Assembly (NCBI RefSeq): GCF_000143415.4
Contig: NW_003314281.1
Span: forward strand, 1 to 64,000
Reading direction: 5' to 3'
Origin: Selaginella moellendorffii
Taxonomy: Eukaryota; Plantae; Lycopodiophyta
DNA: 64,000 nt
The notes beneath the pieces were generated by a model. The model was not told where the DNA came from, searched no databases, and saw only the letters and a program-made list of their open reading frames with translations. Made by a program: the position numbers and the translations under genes. Of the stretch, positions 47,134 through 58,269 are shown in pieces. Within the stretch, counting starts at the first letter, position 1. Every line of letters begins with the position of its first letter.

Positions 47134-48186
47134 TCACGAGAGAAATAACAATTCATTCATTGACATGAACATGAATAAGATCACAAAGCTGGAGAAACTT
47201 ACCAGGATTTTCGCCCAGAGGTTGTCTTGCTCGATCGAGATCCCAGCTCGGAACACCCTTGCCTCTGCTGGGCGATGGTTCTTCCGCAAGAGATAGACGA
47301 TGGAAGTGTAGTGGAGGCGAACTGGTTGGATGCCATGATCCATGATCATCCACGAGAAGATAAGATGGCCATAGTCGAGAAAGCTCGATCCTACCAAGAG
47401 CGTCACGAACGTAAGCTCGTCCGGCTCCACGCCCTCCAGCACCATCAATCGATAGTGGCGCAGCGCATTCCTCCACTCGCCCTTCCGGAAGAGAACCGCG
47501 AGGATCAAATTCCACGCTAGAACTTCCCGCCATGGCATTTGGGAGAAGACTAGCAATACGTCGTGCAAATGCCCGTTCTGGGCAAATGCTGCGACCATCG
47601 CGTTCCACGAGAAGGAATCTCTCATCGGCATTCTTTCGAAGATCTGCGCTACCTCGTCCAAATCGCCGCTGTGCGCGGCGGCGGCGACGGTCGAGCGCCA
47701 CGAAATCTCGTCCCGGCAAGGCATCGCGTGGAAGAAATTCTTCGCGAGGGAGAAATCCCCGCCCTGGGAGATCGCAGCGAGCTTTGTGTTCCAAGAAATC
47801 TGCCCTCCAGCCGCCCTGTGCTCGCTAACGAATCTCTTGCCGTGATCTAAAGCAATGCCCTTGCAACTCCCACAGCATCGATCGAGAGAGATCGCGGCGA
47901 GAACAAGAATCCACGAGTAGCAGCTCTTGACGACCATGGCATCGAAAACGAGGAGGGCATCCTTGATCCCTGCGCGGCGGCCAAACGCTCGGAGGAGGAG
48001 ATTCGAGAGATAGACGCTCATCGGCAAATTCGTAGCTTGGATCTTCTTGACGTGTGCCCATACGCTGCGCAGCTGCGATCGGCTGGCCGCGCCATCGATC
48101 AGGGCATTCCATTCCTCGTCGCGAAGGTGATTCCTCAAATCTCCACTGGGCAATTTCTCCTTGCCCACATAGACAGGGGGATACAT
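47134..48186 (-). CDS. Short divergent PPR-like protein (possibly decaying)
   Basis: MPMRDSFSWNAMVAAFAQNGH, GVEPDELTFVTLL, truncated C-terminus. Confidence 0.65.
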   Translation of the reverse strand: MYPPVYVGKEKLPSGDLRNHLRDEEWNALIDGAASRSQLRSVWAHVKKIQATNLPMSVYLSNLLLRAFGRRAGIKDALLVFDAMVVKSCYSWILVLAAISLDRCCGSCKGIALDHGKRFVSEHRAAGGQISWNTKLAAISQGGDFSLAKNFFHAMPCRDEISWRSTVAAAAHSGDLDEVAQIFERMPMRDSFSWNAMVAAFAQNGHLHDVLLVFSQMPWREVLAWNLILAVLFRKGEWRNALRHYRLMVLEGVEPDELTFVTLLVGSSFLDYGHLIFSWMIMDHGIQPVRLHYTSIVYLLRKNHRPAEARVFRAGISIEQDNLWAKILVSFSSFVILFMFMSMNELLFLS

Positions 48187-48223
48187 TTCTTCTCTTCCTT
48201 TTTAGGGTTCTTGAGCTAGGGCG

Positions 48224-49410
48224 ATGGCGATGGCGCTCGATTTCAGCGGTTTGGAGCCAGCTTCTCTGCGCCAGCACTCCTACTCGGATCCAGCAGCGCA
48301 TTGGGAGCCACAGTGCTCCTTTCCTCTCCCGAAGGTCGCCGATGTAAGTCGCTCCTCGAGTATTTCCTGTGATGATCTTAGTCTGGGGATTTTGTTTGCG
48401 CAGCTGGATGGATTCCAGAAAGCTGCCGTGGATTTGCTGAAGCCAGCGCACGGAACCACGACGCTGGCGTTTGAGTTCCAGGGAGGGATTATCGTCGCTG
48501 CCGACTCTCGAGCTAGCATGGGACAATATATCTGTAAGTGTTTCTTCGTGTTTGTCTCTACTTGTGATCGAGTGATCTCTCGCAGCATCCCAGTCGGTGA
48601 AGAAAATTCTGGAAATCAATCCATATCTCCTGGGAACCATGGCTGGGGGTGCGGCCGATTGTCAGTTCTGGCAGAGAAATCTCGGAACGCGGGTAAGTTT
48701 GTCTTCGCTCCTTCTTCCTCCACGATTTTGACACTCTGTTCGTTTGAATCACAGTGCCGGCTTCACGAGCTTGCGAACAAGAGGAGGATTTCTGTTGCCG
48801 GTGCTTCCAAGCTCTTGGCAAACACCCTCTACTCCTACCGTGGCATGGGTCTGTCCATGGGAACCATGATCGCTGGCTGGGACGAAACGGTATGGGCTGT
48901 TATCTTTTCTTGTTTCCATCTCGCCATTCCCAAGTTTTCTTCTCACGTCTCGTGATTTGATCCAGGGCCCCGCGCTCTTTTACGTTGATAGCGAAGGTGG
49001 AAGAACGAAAGGAACTCTTTTCTCCGTTGGCTCTGGGTCTACTTACGCTTACGGCATTCTCGACAGCGGGTAAGAATCCTTCTTCCGAGTTCTTCGGGTT
49101 TCACTGTGTTCCAATCTCAGGTATAAGTTCGAGATGAGCGTCGAGGAAGCCGTGGAGCTGGGAAGACGAGCGATCTATCACGCGACGTTTAGAGATGGAG
49201 CCAGCGGAGGAGTTGCGAGCGGTAAGCTTTTTTTCTTTCGCTTTTCATCGCTCTGAGCCTGCTTTGCTTCCAGTTTATCACATTGGTCCCCAAGGCTGGA
49301 AGAAGATCTCCGGTGACGATGTGAGTGAGCTACACTATCAGTACTACCCCCCGGAATCACAAGCGTCCGCCCCGGACGTCGTGGAAGAACAGCCAATGCA
49401 ACAAGGCTAG
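48224..49410 (+). CDS. PBE1: 20S proteasome subunit beta 5, multi-exon
   Basis: Propeptide followed by HG|[88 protein letters not shown]. Confidence 0.95.
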
Positions 49411-49712
49411 ATCGGGGATATTCCGTTCTGGATTTTGTTTCAGTTGAATATTCAGTTACCTCTGCCGAACTTTTTAAGCATATACCATCAGACGTTTAGG
49501 GTTTGCAATTTTTATCATACAATTTTTTAAAATTTTGTTGACCAAGGTACTTTAAACTGTTGCTTCAAGTGGTAATACTGCATCACGTAGATCACTATAT
49601 AAACCAAACTAGGCTTCTCTAGAAAACAAGATGTTGTACTTACCACCTTCTTTCCAATCAATTGCTACTTCTCCAATCTCTCGCCATGACAAGCCTGGCT
49701 TCCAGAGAGCTT

Positions 49713-51047
49713 TCAAGTCTGAAAGTCAGTGTCCACCAATATCAATACGAACATGTTAATAGAAAAACACTCACCTGAGAATTCGTGTTCCACAGGATGA
49801 CCCACATAGCACACCTTTCGAAACCGGCTGGCACAAGCTGACTTCAAGTCCAAGCTAGGCACATTGAGATTAGGCACAGCTGCCAAGTTGGGTTCCAAAA
49901 GGAGCAGTTTCTCCATAACTCTTTCCAAGTGCTGCCCCTTCTCAACCCATTCCCATGTCAAGTTTTGAGAATCGAATCTCACAATCCCTTTCTCCGCAAC
50001 GCAGAAGGTATCCTTCCCATGCGTCTGGCATTCAGAAGTCTGGATTATGCCTGGTCCCGTTTCAAAGTCTTCTTCAGGTGAGGTCGACACTGTTTTCCAT
50101 GTCCACTCTGAATCTCCATCATCGTTCTGCTGCCTATCCAGCACCATAACCGTTGTATACTCCATCCACTCCATCTTTTGTGTAAATATACCAATCTCAC
50201 CAGGTCCAACTTCCAGCATGTACACATCTTCGTATGTCCCCTCAAGTTCGGATAAGTCCCATGCATACGCCCATTTCGAGCGGCTAATGTCTGCAAAATC
50301 AACTTCCAGCAGCACAAGTGCGGCATATTGATGAAGTCGTGCAAGAGCATAATGCACCCCTTTGATGCATACGCTGTTGTACGAGCACATTTCGAAGACC
50401 CCGGCACGAGGAACTGTCCATATGCCGACTTTAGAGTCAAACGAATATGGCTCAAGCCAAATCCTGAACGAAGAAACGAAATGAGTCGATTAGCCATGTC
50501 GGAAACTGGTAATGACAACGCTTTTGTACCTGAAGAACATTTGACCCTCATCGAAATATGTAGTCAGCATTCGCTTGCTATAATACAGAGGAACTTCAAC
50601 TCCGGGAATCTTTACCCATTCTTGTGTCAGCGGGTTCCCAACTAGAAAATGGGACTCCCTGTTGGTGCTGTCGACAAGTCCGCTTGAACCCGACACCTTT
50701 GGAAACCAGCACAAAATGAGGCCCCCTCCAGCCAAGAGAGGCTCTGAACCATCTGGTGCAAACCAAGACCGTAATGAAGGAGGTACCTGTTGCAAGCAAA
50801 CCCTGTCTTCTGATGAATCATATTTGCAGTAGCGAAATTGCACTTCTAGGCTGTCCCTCGCGTGACGTTTTACATGTAACAAGAAATAACTTGTGCCGTT
50901 CTGTCGTTCCCATAGCGCTCTAAATGTTGGGTCATGGAGAAGGCGACCCCAATCCTTGCACACAAGTTGCAACCTCGCTACATCCTCAGCTGGGACCCAA
51001 GATAGTACGCGCAACTCAAGTTCTAGTGGTAGTGGTAATTTTCCCAT
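49713..51047 (-). pseudogene. F-box protein with one premature stop
   Basis: LPLELELRVLSWVP...LQLVCKDW F-box, GGLILC...VGNPLTQEWVKIP. ORFs 50490-51113 and 49713-50390 share a frame and are separated only by TAA at 50490-50492. Confidence 0.8.
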
Positions 51048-51330
51048 TTGAACCCACACTTGAAAGTTTGGACACAGGCTACCCGCAAGGACTCGACCCT
51101 TACTCCACCCCAACCTTGTTTTCTTCAGGACATTCTAGGAAAGCCAGGAAAACATTGTTAGATTCTATAAATTTCCTGCAAAAAAAGTGGGAGAGTGCCT
51201 TGCCCCTCGAACTCATATCTCGCCTTACCCCTTGAAGCGCCTTGTGTGGAAATGGATCAATGTAGGTAGGATATCAAACAAATAGTTAAGCTGATAATGA
51301 CACGTACATAGCAAGTGTGCCAGTAACACA

Positions 51331-53611
51331 TTGCCAGGGAGGCCTTTGACCGACGCAGATTTCAGTGATCTTAAGAATAGATTAAGAAAAATCTTAAAGT
51401 TTCCTTTGGGTTCTCCCTACCCTAACCTAAAAACTGAAATCGAGGAAGTGGAACACAAATTGGAGAGCGAGCAAGATCCTGATCAGAAGAAGTATCTGCA
51501 GAGGAAAGAGGAGCAGCTGTGGGAAGAAAAGCTTTCTCCTGCTCAGACAAATTGGTAAATCATTTTTTTTTTCTTCTCTGTGTCGGCCTGATTTGCTTCT
51601 TGGTTGATCCTGCTTCTGCTGCAGTTTTCAGTCTTCATGCTACACCTATAACTACGGGTCTGGTGGAAGATATTTTGTCTACATTCTGGACCAGGGTGAT
51701 GGAGAAACGAGCTGAGATGCCTACTCAAGATGATTTCAAGGAGAAATATGCTCTCACCAAATTCCCTATTTGTTGTCTTCCCCATCTTGGTCACAGGCAG
51801 CCCAGTCTTCTGTGGGAAGGGCTAGACCAGCTGTTCAGTGCGTCACAAGATTCTTGAGACTATCTGGAAAGCTGCACTGGACGTTGTGATTGTTTGTGAT
51901 GTGTCTGTACGAGATTGCAGTGCAGCAGCCCCGTGTGTTTCTCACGGGGGTGGCGGATGAAGCTACTGGTGCTGAAGGCTGGTGAGGTCTTCATCCATGA
52001 CAAGTCTGGAACCGATAACTTGACGTTCCTCTTCAACCAAGTGGTGCATCAGCATCTCAGGTACCCTGAACATGACCCGTGGTCGTATTTAACAGGGAGA
52101 ATCCTGGAGTTGGCAACCACGGTTGCAGAGCTAGAAGCGCTGAATGTGAGCATGGGGACTGCTACACATGGAGTGGTCCTCTCATATTGGACGATGAAGT
52201 ACCTAACTGACCGATTTACATCAGGAAGTGGACTCAACCAATCGATGCTGGACAAGTTCGCTGCTTCGGTAACACTGTATACTTTGCTGGGAGGGGAAGG
52301 TCACTTCTTCGTGTGGCCACTCACTTGGCCAAGGTAAACTTTGAGCTTCCTATCTCCCTGGTCGGTTGATAGTTTTGTTCTGTTAACATCACTAATCTGG
52401 GAGGATTTCGGGATTCTCAGGCGTTGCAGCAGTTTGCTGCTCGTGTACTGGACGATTGTAGCATCCTGGACTTCCAGAGGCTGCAGCTCTTGTTTCGAGG
52501 GAGGCATCGGACATTTGCTACTGCTTTGGAGAATTGTATCATGGCGAATCCATTGGCATCAGAGTTGACACGGAGTTAGGCACAAAGAGGGGTGTAGTGG
52601 CCTCGAGTGTGGTGGATCGGCGACGCATTCTGTTCAGCATAAACAGGACAGTCTTGGATGATATATACAGCTTCTTTGCAGGAGTCCCCAGCAGCGAGGC
52701 AGAGGCAGCAAAAGCTTTAGTACAAAGTGCGGTGATGAACATGTTTTTCGGGCGCGGGAAGATGGTTGTGATCAACCCCACTTTGTCACTTATAGAATTT
52801 GGATTGGCCAGGGTGGGAGAATATGGGAAACGAGTCCAATGGATTCAGGATGGGGAGGACGGTATTGTTGTTGATGGAGACAAGTCATGGAAGGTGGAGA
52901 TCTGGGAACCACTTGTTTTAATGGCGCTGTGGCAATTTTATAAGGAACAATCTTCCTGCAATAAGAGTAGGGGGATGAAGTCTCGGTTCCAGAAATGATC
53001 ACTCAACGACTCGATGGCATTTGCCTTTCACACTTCTTCTCTTTGTGGAACACGGCAGTCCCGAAGATCTATGAAAAGAAAACTCATCTAATTAGGCCCG
53101 CCTTGGATTTAAAGACGCCTCTAGAATCTGAAGACTTCAGGCTTCTAGACTGGATTGAGAGCGTGCAGAATCGACATGGTTTCTCCTAGACCTTCTTCTC
53201 CACAGCTGACAATGCAAATGCTGGACCAGATATATGGTTCTTCCTCAACTTGGTGGATGATAAAGACGGGGATGAGGAGCTGGTTATTTGTGCGGCACAA
53301 ATGAAAACATCTGACAGGACCTTTAGAGAGGCAAACGATATGTTGGATTTTGAGAAGCTATTTCGTCATGGCACGAAGACAATCAAGAATCCGAAAGACG
53401 CTAAGGCTGCCAAGCTAATCCAAGATTTTCCCCACCATCTTAAGTTAGTGGTGACTAGTGCCTACGTGAACTTGGAAAAGGTGAAACCAGATATTCCTCT
53501 TCATCCGACAAAGAGGAGGAAGGCATGCTAGGTCTTGTGGATGATTCAAATGTTCATTTGTTTGTGGAGTCTTGGCTGCTTAATACTGTACGAGAATGTG
53601 AAGAAGAGTAA
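51331..53611 (+). pseudogene. Crinkler-like (coiled-coil, NTPase-like, PD-(D/E)xK nuclease) gene remnant
   Basis: Coiled-coil KKYLQRKEEQLWEEK, then fragments LIEFGLARV, WEPLVL, NAGPDIWFFL and ICAAQMK. Multiple stops and frameshifts. Family assignment is from motif memory. Confidence 0.5.
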
Positions 53612-54607
53612 TCTACATAACAATCTTTGTAAAGTATTTTAAAAGTTAATTGAAGTTGATAAAGGAACAATGCTTCACCCCGAGACTTGAGTCATAGTTT
53701 CTCAGCTCTCATTAGAATTCTAAGTTAAACATTATATGGAAATGACTGGTTTGATCACTCAGAAATCACTTACAAGGGCAGATCGACAATCAGAAGTATG
53801 CTACCAATCCAATCATTAGTGGAAATTCTCAAGACTTGTGATCTGCCAGAGAGGTTCTGGCCGATGGGAGGGGAGATTGAGGGGGATTACTTTGGAGCGG
53901 ACAGGCGGCGCGAGGATACCCAATGACGTCTTGCGCGGGCATCTTTCAGTTAAGGCGGAAGATCATGGAGTTAAAGACTGCATAGCTAGTATATAAGTCT
54001 GTACTTTCGGTTCTCACTTCGTGTTTAAAAGTGTGTTCTTTAGTGATTACTAGGCTCTTCGATACCACTCTCTCTTTCCTTGATTCTCTACCTCTACCTG
54101 TGTGACTTGGCTTGCAACCAACGCCAGGAATGTCTCCCTTCTGGTTGATTTGATACTAAAGACATGAGCATCTCTGAAGGCCTTGATAGCTTGCAGCTAT
54201 TTGGCCTAGAACTTGTGTCCCAAGTGTGGGATTTCTTGTATGACTCTGAGTCGAGGAAGTTTGTGATAGCATGAGAGTCTTGCGAGAGTTCTGAGAGTGT
54301 GCAAGGATTTCCCATTCGGAGCTACAGACCATATAAGCAATGCTCGTATCAGGCAAGATCTCTGGGTTAAGTATTTCACGATCTAACTTTGTTTGTCGCA
54401 GCTTCCTCCCCATCGAGAGCTTTTGCACAGCTTTGGACTCGACTTGAAGTTCTTTTTTCGGGGTTAAGGATATTCCGTTAATTGAAAAGATGCCATAATA
54501 AACCGTCAAATGTCTAGGGTTCATGGTCTTGATTCATTCTCGCTTGATTCCCCCGGCGATGGTCGCTTGCCACATTTGCGAGAGCTTCCGGATGCTCTAC
54601 TGGAAGA

Positions 54608-57600
54608 ATGCGCGAGCTTCCGGGGCCTGCTTCCATTTCTGAGAATTCTGTTCCGCTTATCAGCGATGGAGCAGGGAATGCGGGGAAGAACAGGCTACTG
54701 GCGGCATTGAAAGCGTGTAGCCGATCCAGGGATTTGAAGGCCGGGAAGGCGCTCCATTTGGAAGCGATCCGAGAGAGGCACGACTCCGACACCTATGTTC
54801 TAAACAGCCTGGTAAATATGTATGCAAAGTGTGGAAGCATGGGGGATGCCAGGAGAGTTTTTGACAGGATGAGCAGCGGTCGGCGAACGGTGGTGTCGTG
54901 GAATTCCTTGCTTCTCGGCTATGCCGAGAATGGGGAGGAGGAGCTCTGCTTGGAGATGATAGCGGAGATGGTGTCTCAAGGCTGGAGGCCGGATGCTCTC
55001 ACTTTCGTCGCTGCTATCAAGGCTTGCACGAAGATGGCGATGAAAGAACTAGGCCGGGAGAGAAAGATGGTTTTGCTGGAGAGAGGCAGGGATTTTCACG
55101 CTGGAGCTGCCAAGTTTGGATTCGACAGGGATGCTTTTGTTTCGAGTAGCCTGGTGAATTTCTACGCGAGGTGTGGGAGCATGGAAGATGCTCGCAAAGT
55201 TTTTGACGAGAGAGGTGGTGCTCGAGGAAACAAAAACGTCGTGTCGTGGAACTCTTTGCTCCTGGGGTACGTCGACAACGACGAACCGGAGAGTGCTCTC
55301 GAGCTCTTTTCTGTCATGCAGCAGCAAGGCTTGGCGGATTCTCTGAGCTTTGTGGCGGCTCTCAAGGCTTGCTCTTGCCTGGCGGTGAGAGAACAAGGCA
55401 GACAGGTTGACGGGAGGCTTGTGAAAGTCCGGGCCTTGGAAAGAGGCAAGTTTCTCCATCTGCAAGCCAGGAAAAGTGGTTGCGAGCTCGAGAACTTTGT
55501 CTCAAACTCGCTGATCGACATGTATGCCAAGTGCTGGAGCATGGCCGAAGCGAGAGAAGTGTTTGAGAGGATGCCGGATCGCAGTGTTGTTTCGTGGAAC
55601 GCGTTGCTGCTTGGATATGTCGAGAATGGTGAAGGAGATGTGGCTTTGGAGCTCTTTGCTTTGATGCGGCCTCCGCGAGCCTGTCAGCCAAATGGCCTCA
55701 CGTACGTTGCGGCACTCATGGCTTGTTCCACTCTTGCCAGAAGCTCTCCAAAAGAGAATGGCGTGGTGCTGGAAAAAATCACGGCTCTTCGTTCTCGAGC
55801 TGCAAAGGCCGGGTTTGCGGACGATAACTTTGTAGCAAACACGCTGGTGGACGTTTACGCGAAGTGCGGGAGCTTGGCTGATGCGAAGATGGTGTTCGAC
55901 AAGATGCCGTGCCCGGATGTTGTGTCCTGGAATGCGATGATTCTCGGCTACGCGGAGAATGGCAAGGAAAATCTGGCCTTGGAGATGTTTGGTTTGATGC
56001 GCCGGGAGTGTCCAGCGAGCTCTCTCAGCTTTGTGGCTGCTCTCAAGGCCTGCACGAGTCTAGCTTTGAGAGAAAACCAAGAACAAGAGGAAGAAGGAAG
56101 AGCTTTCAGCGAGAGCAAAGCTTTCAAGGCGGAAGCTCTGGAGAAAGGAAAGGCACTCCACTTTGATGCTGTGATGTCGGGGCTCGATTCCGATGGTTAT
56201 GTCGCAAGCTCGCTGTTAAACATGTATTGCAAGTGTGGAAGCATTGCCGAGGCTCGGAAGGTGTTCCACAGCATCAGAGACCGCCGGAGTCTTGTTTCGT
56301 GGAACATACTGCTGCTGGGACTCACGGACAATGGTGAGGCTTCTGCGGCTCTGGAGCTTTTCTCTCGCATGCTCCACGATGGTTTGCTGCCAAATCCTTT
56401 ATCTTTTGCTGCGGTACTAAAGGCCTGTGTCTTCTGTGCAGTGAGAAGTGAGGAGGACGAGCGTGTGAGAGATCGTTTCCTGAAGAAAGGGAGGAACATC
56501 CATTTCCAAGTATTGGAGGCTGGTTATGACTCGGATATATGTCTGGCTAACACGCTTGTGGACTTCTATGCCAAGTGTGGAAGCCTGGAGGAGGCGAGAA
56601 AGGTATTCGATACTCTTGCCTGCCGCAGCTTGGTTTCATGGACCTCGCTAATACTGGGATATGTCGATGCAGGTCGAGGAGACGAGGCCTTGGAACTTTT
56701 CGCCAGGATGCAAACCGAAGGCTGCGAAGGTGATGCCTTGACGCTTGTTGCGGCGCTCAAAGCTTGTGCTATCCAACGAAAACTCTCGACTGGGAAGGCT
56801 CTACACTCCCACGCTGCGAAGCACGAGTATGATTCCAAGGACGTTTACGTTGCGAGCGCTCTGATCAGCATGTACTCCAACTGCGGCAGCATGGCGGACG
56901 CTCAACGAGTCTTCGACAAAGCAGCTCGCAGGGATGCCGTGGTGTGGAACTCTTTGCTGCTGGGATACGCAGAGAATGGAGATCCAGAGTCAGCACTGGC
57001 TTTGTTCACGAGCATGCAAGAGCTGCAGATATCACCAAACGCTCAGACTTATGGAGCGGCAATCAAGGCCTGTTCTAGACTGGAAAGCTTGCGAGGTGTC
57101 CATGCTTCGATTTGCAGAAGTGGTCTGGAAGACAACGTGCACCTTGCAACCGGTTTAGTCGATGCTTATGGGAAATCAGGAAGCTTGGTTAGCTGTCGAC
57201 TGTTCTTCGAGACACTCGGAAGTTCTTCCCGGGATCTGGTAACTTGGAACTCAGTTATAGCAGGACACAGCCGCTTGGGAGAAGCAGCCGCGGTGGAAGA
57301 TCTGTTTCATATGATGCTCGAGCAGGATGGTCTCCGGGCCGACGGTGTAACTTTCGTGAGTTTGCTCAGCGCTTGCAACCATGCCGGCCTGGTTGCCAAA
57401 GGCAAGAGTTACTTTAAGGCGATGAGCTCCAAGTATGGAGTTACTCCAGGTATCGAGCACTACCATTGCATGATTGATATTCTCGGTCGTGCTAACGAGC
57501 TGGAAGATGCAGTGGCGATGGTGGAAGCGATGGCTTACGAGCCGGATGCCGTGACTTGGATGACACTCTTGAGTGCGTGCAGCAAGTGGAGGAATTTAGA

Positions 57601-57709
57601 GGTGGGAAAGCTTGCGTTTGAGAGGATGGCGAGCTTGAGTGTGGATTTATCCTCGGCTTATGTGTTGATGGCAGGAATCTACGAGACGTCGACGAACAAA
57701 GAAGTGTGA
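54608..57709 (+). CDS. PLS-class PPR protein (1033 aa, E-type, intronless), paralog of 33244
   Basis: PPR motifs with the same inserted loops (VDGRLVK...L..G) and C-terminal EHYHCMIDILGRANEL. Confidence 0.93.
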   Translation: MRELPGPASISENSVPLISDGAGNAGKNRLLAALKACSRSRDLKAGKALHLEAIRERHDSDTYVLNSLVNMYAKCGSMGDARRVFDRMSSGRRTVVSWNSLLLGYAENGEEELCLEMIAEMVSQGWRPDALTFVAAIKACTKMAMKELGRERKMVLLERGRDFHAGAAKFGFDRDAFVSSSLVNFYARCGSMEDARKVFDERGGARGNKNVVSWNSLLLGYVDNDEPESALELFSVMQQQGLADSLSFVAALKACSCLAVREQGRQVDGRLVKVRALERGKFLHLQARKSGCELENFVSNSLIDMYAKCWSMAEAREVFERMPDRSVVSWNALLLGYVENGEGDVALELFALMRPPRACQPNGLTYVAALMACSTLARSSPKENGVVLEKITALRSRAAKAGFADDNFVANTLVDVYAKCGSLADAKMVFDKMPCPDVVSWNAMILGYAENGKENLALEMFGLMRRECPASSLSFVAALKACTSLALRENQEQEEEGRAFSESKAFKAEALEKGKALHFDAVMSGLDSDGYVASSLLNMYCKCGSIAEARKVFHSIRDRRSLVSWNILLLGLTDNGEASAALELFSRMLHDGLLPNPLSFAAVLKACVFCAVRSEEDERVRDRFLKKGRNIHFQVLEAGYDSDICLANTLVDFYAKCGSLEEARKVFDTLACRSLVSWTSLILGYVDAGRGDEALELFARMQTEGCEGDALTLVAALKACAIQRKLSTGKALHSHAAKHEYDSKDVYVASALISMYSNCGSMADAQRVFDKAARRDAVVWNSLLLGYAENGDPESALALFTSMQELQISPNAQTYGAAIKACSRLESLRGVHASICRSGLEDNVHLATGLVDAYGKSGSLVSCRLFFETLGSSSRDLVTWNSVIAGHSRLGEAAAVEDLFHMMLEQDGLRADGVTFVSLLSACNHAGLVAKGKSYFKAMSSKYGVTPGIEHYHCMIDILGRANELEDAVAMVEAMAYEPDAVTWMTLLSACSKWRNLEVGKLAFERMASLSVDLSSAYVLMAGIYETSTNKEV

Positions 57710-58157
57710 GATCATAGGCCGAGGTATCAAAAGAACTGTGAGTATGATCATTGCAGGCAATATTCTGGATTGGATTGGATCACTCGATTTTAAAACTTCT
57801 AAGGTTCACTCTCCAGGATTTCGATGATCCCCGTGCAAGTGGGAGAGATTTAAAGTTCTCTGGTGTGGATTTATCATCGGCTAAGCCAGGAACAAAAGTA
57901 TAAGCTACTATATTTCCATGGTTTTGATTTTTTGGATATCTTATCTCCAGCCCAGGCACACGCAAGAGCCAACGTATCACACCCATCGCTACAGTCCATT
58001 CAAGAAATGTGCCAAAGACGTATACGATATGATAGCTACAAAAATTTAACACTACGAATCATGGAAATGCGAATATCTCTGCGCCGGCATATGCCTCGCC
58101 GCCGACTTGGCGCCTCGTCATTGCTCCTGATCTGCGCAGCCTAGCCACAACGATCGT

Positions 58158-58200
58158 GACACGTGGCCAGAATGTGAAAAAGGTCACTAGCGTATATAAA
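58158..58200 (+). promoter_or_regulatory. G-box/ABRE and TATA box upstream of the WD40-like gene
   Basis: GACACGTGGC at 58158-58167 and TATATAAA at 58193-58200, ~70 nt before ATG 58270. Confidence 0.55.
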
Positions 58201-58269
58201 GCAAAGGAAGGGGGGAACGAGCACGAAGGAAGAAAAGGAAGAAAGCTCTCTTTCTTGAAGGAAGGAAGA

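Noticed and set aside
54094-54524. Short minus-strand ORFs upstream of the large PPR
   Set aside because: No recognisable motif or consistent splice model.
33244-57709. DYW deaminase domains in the PPR proteins
   Set aside because: All end in or just after the E region, with no HxE/CxxC/DYW motifs.
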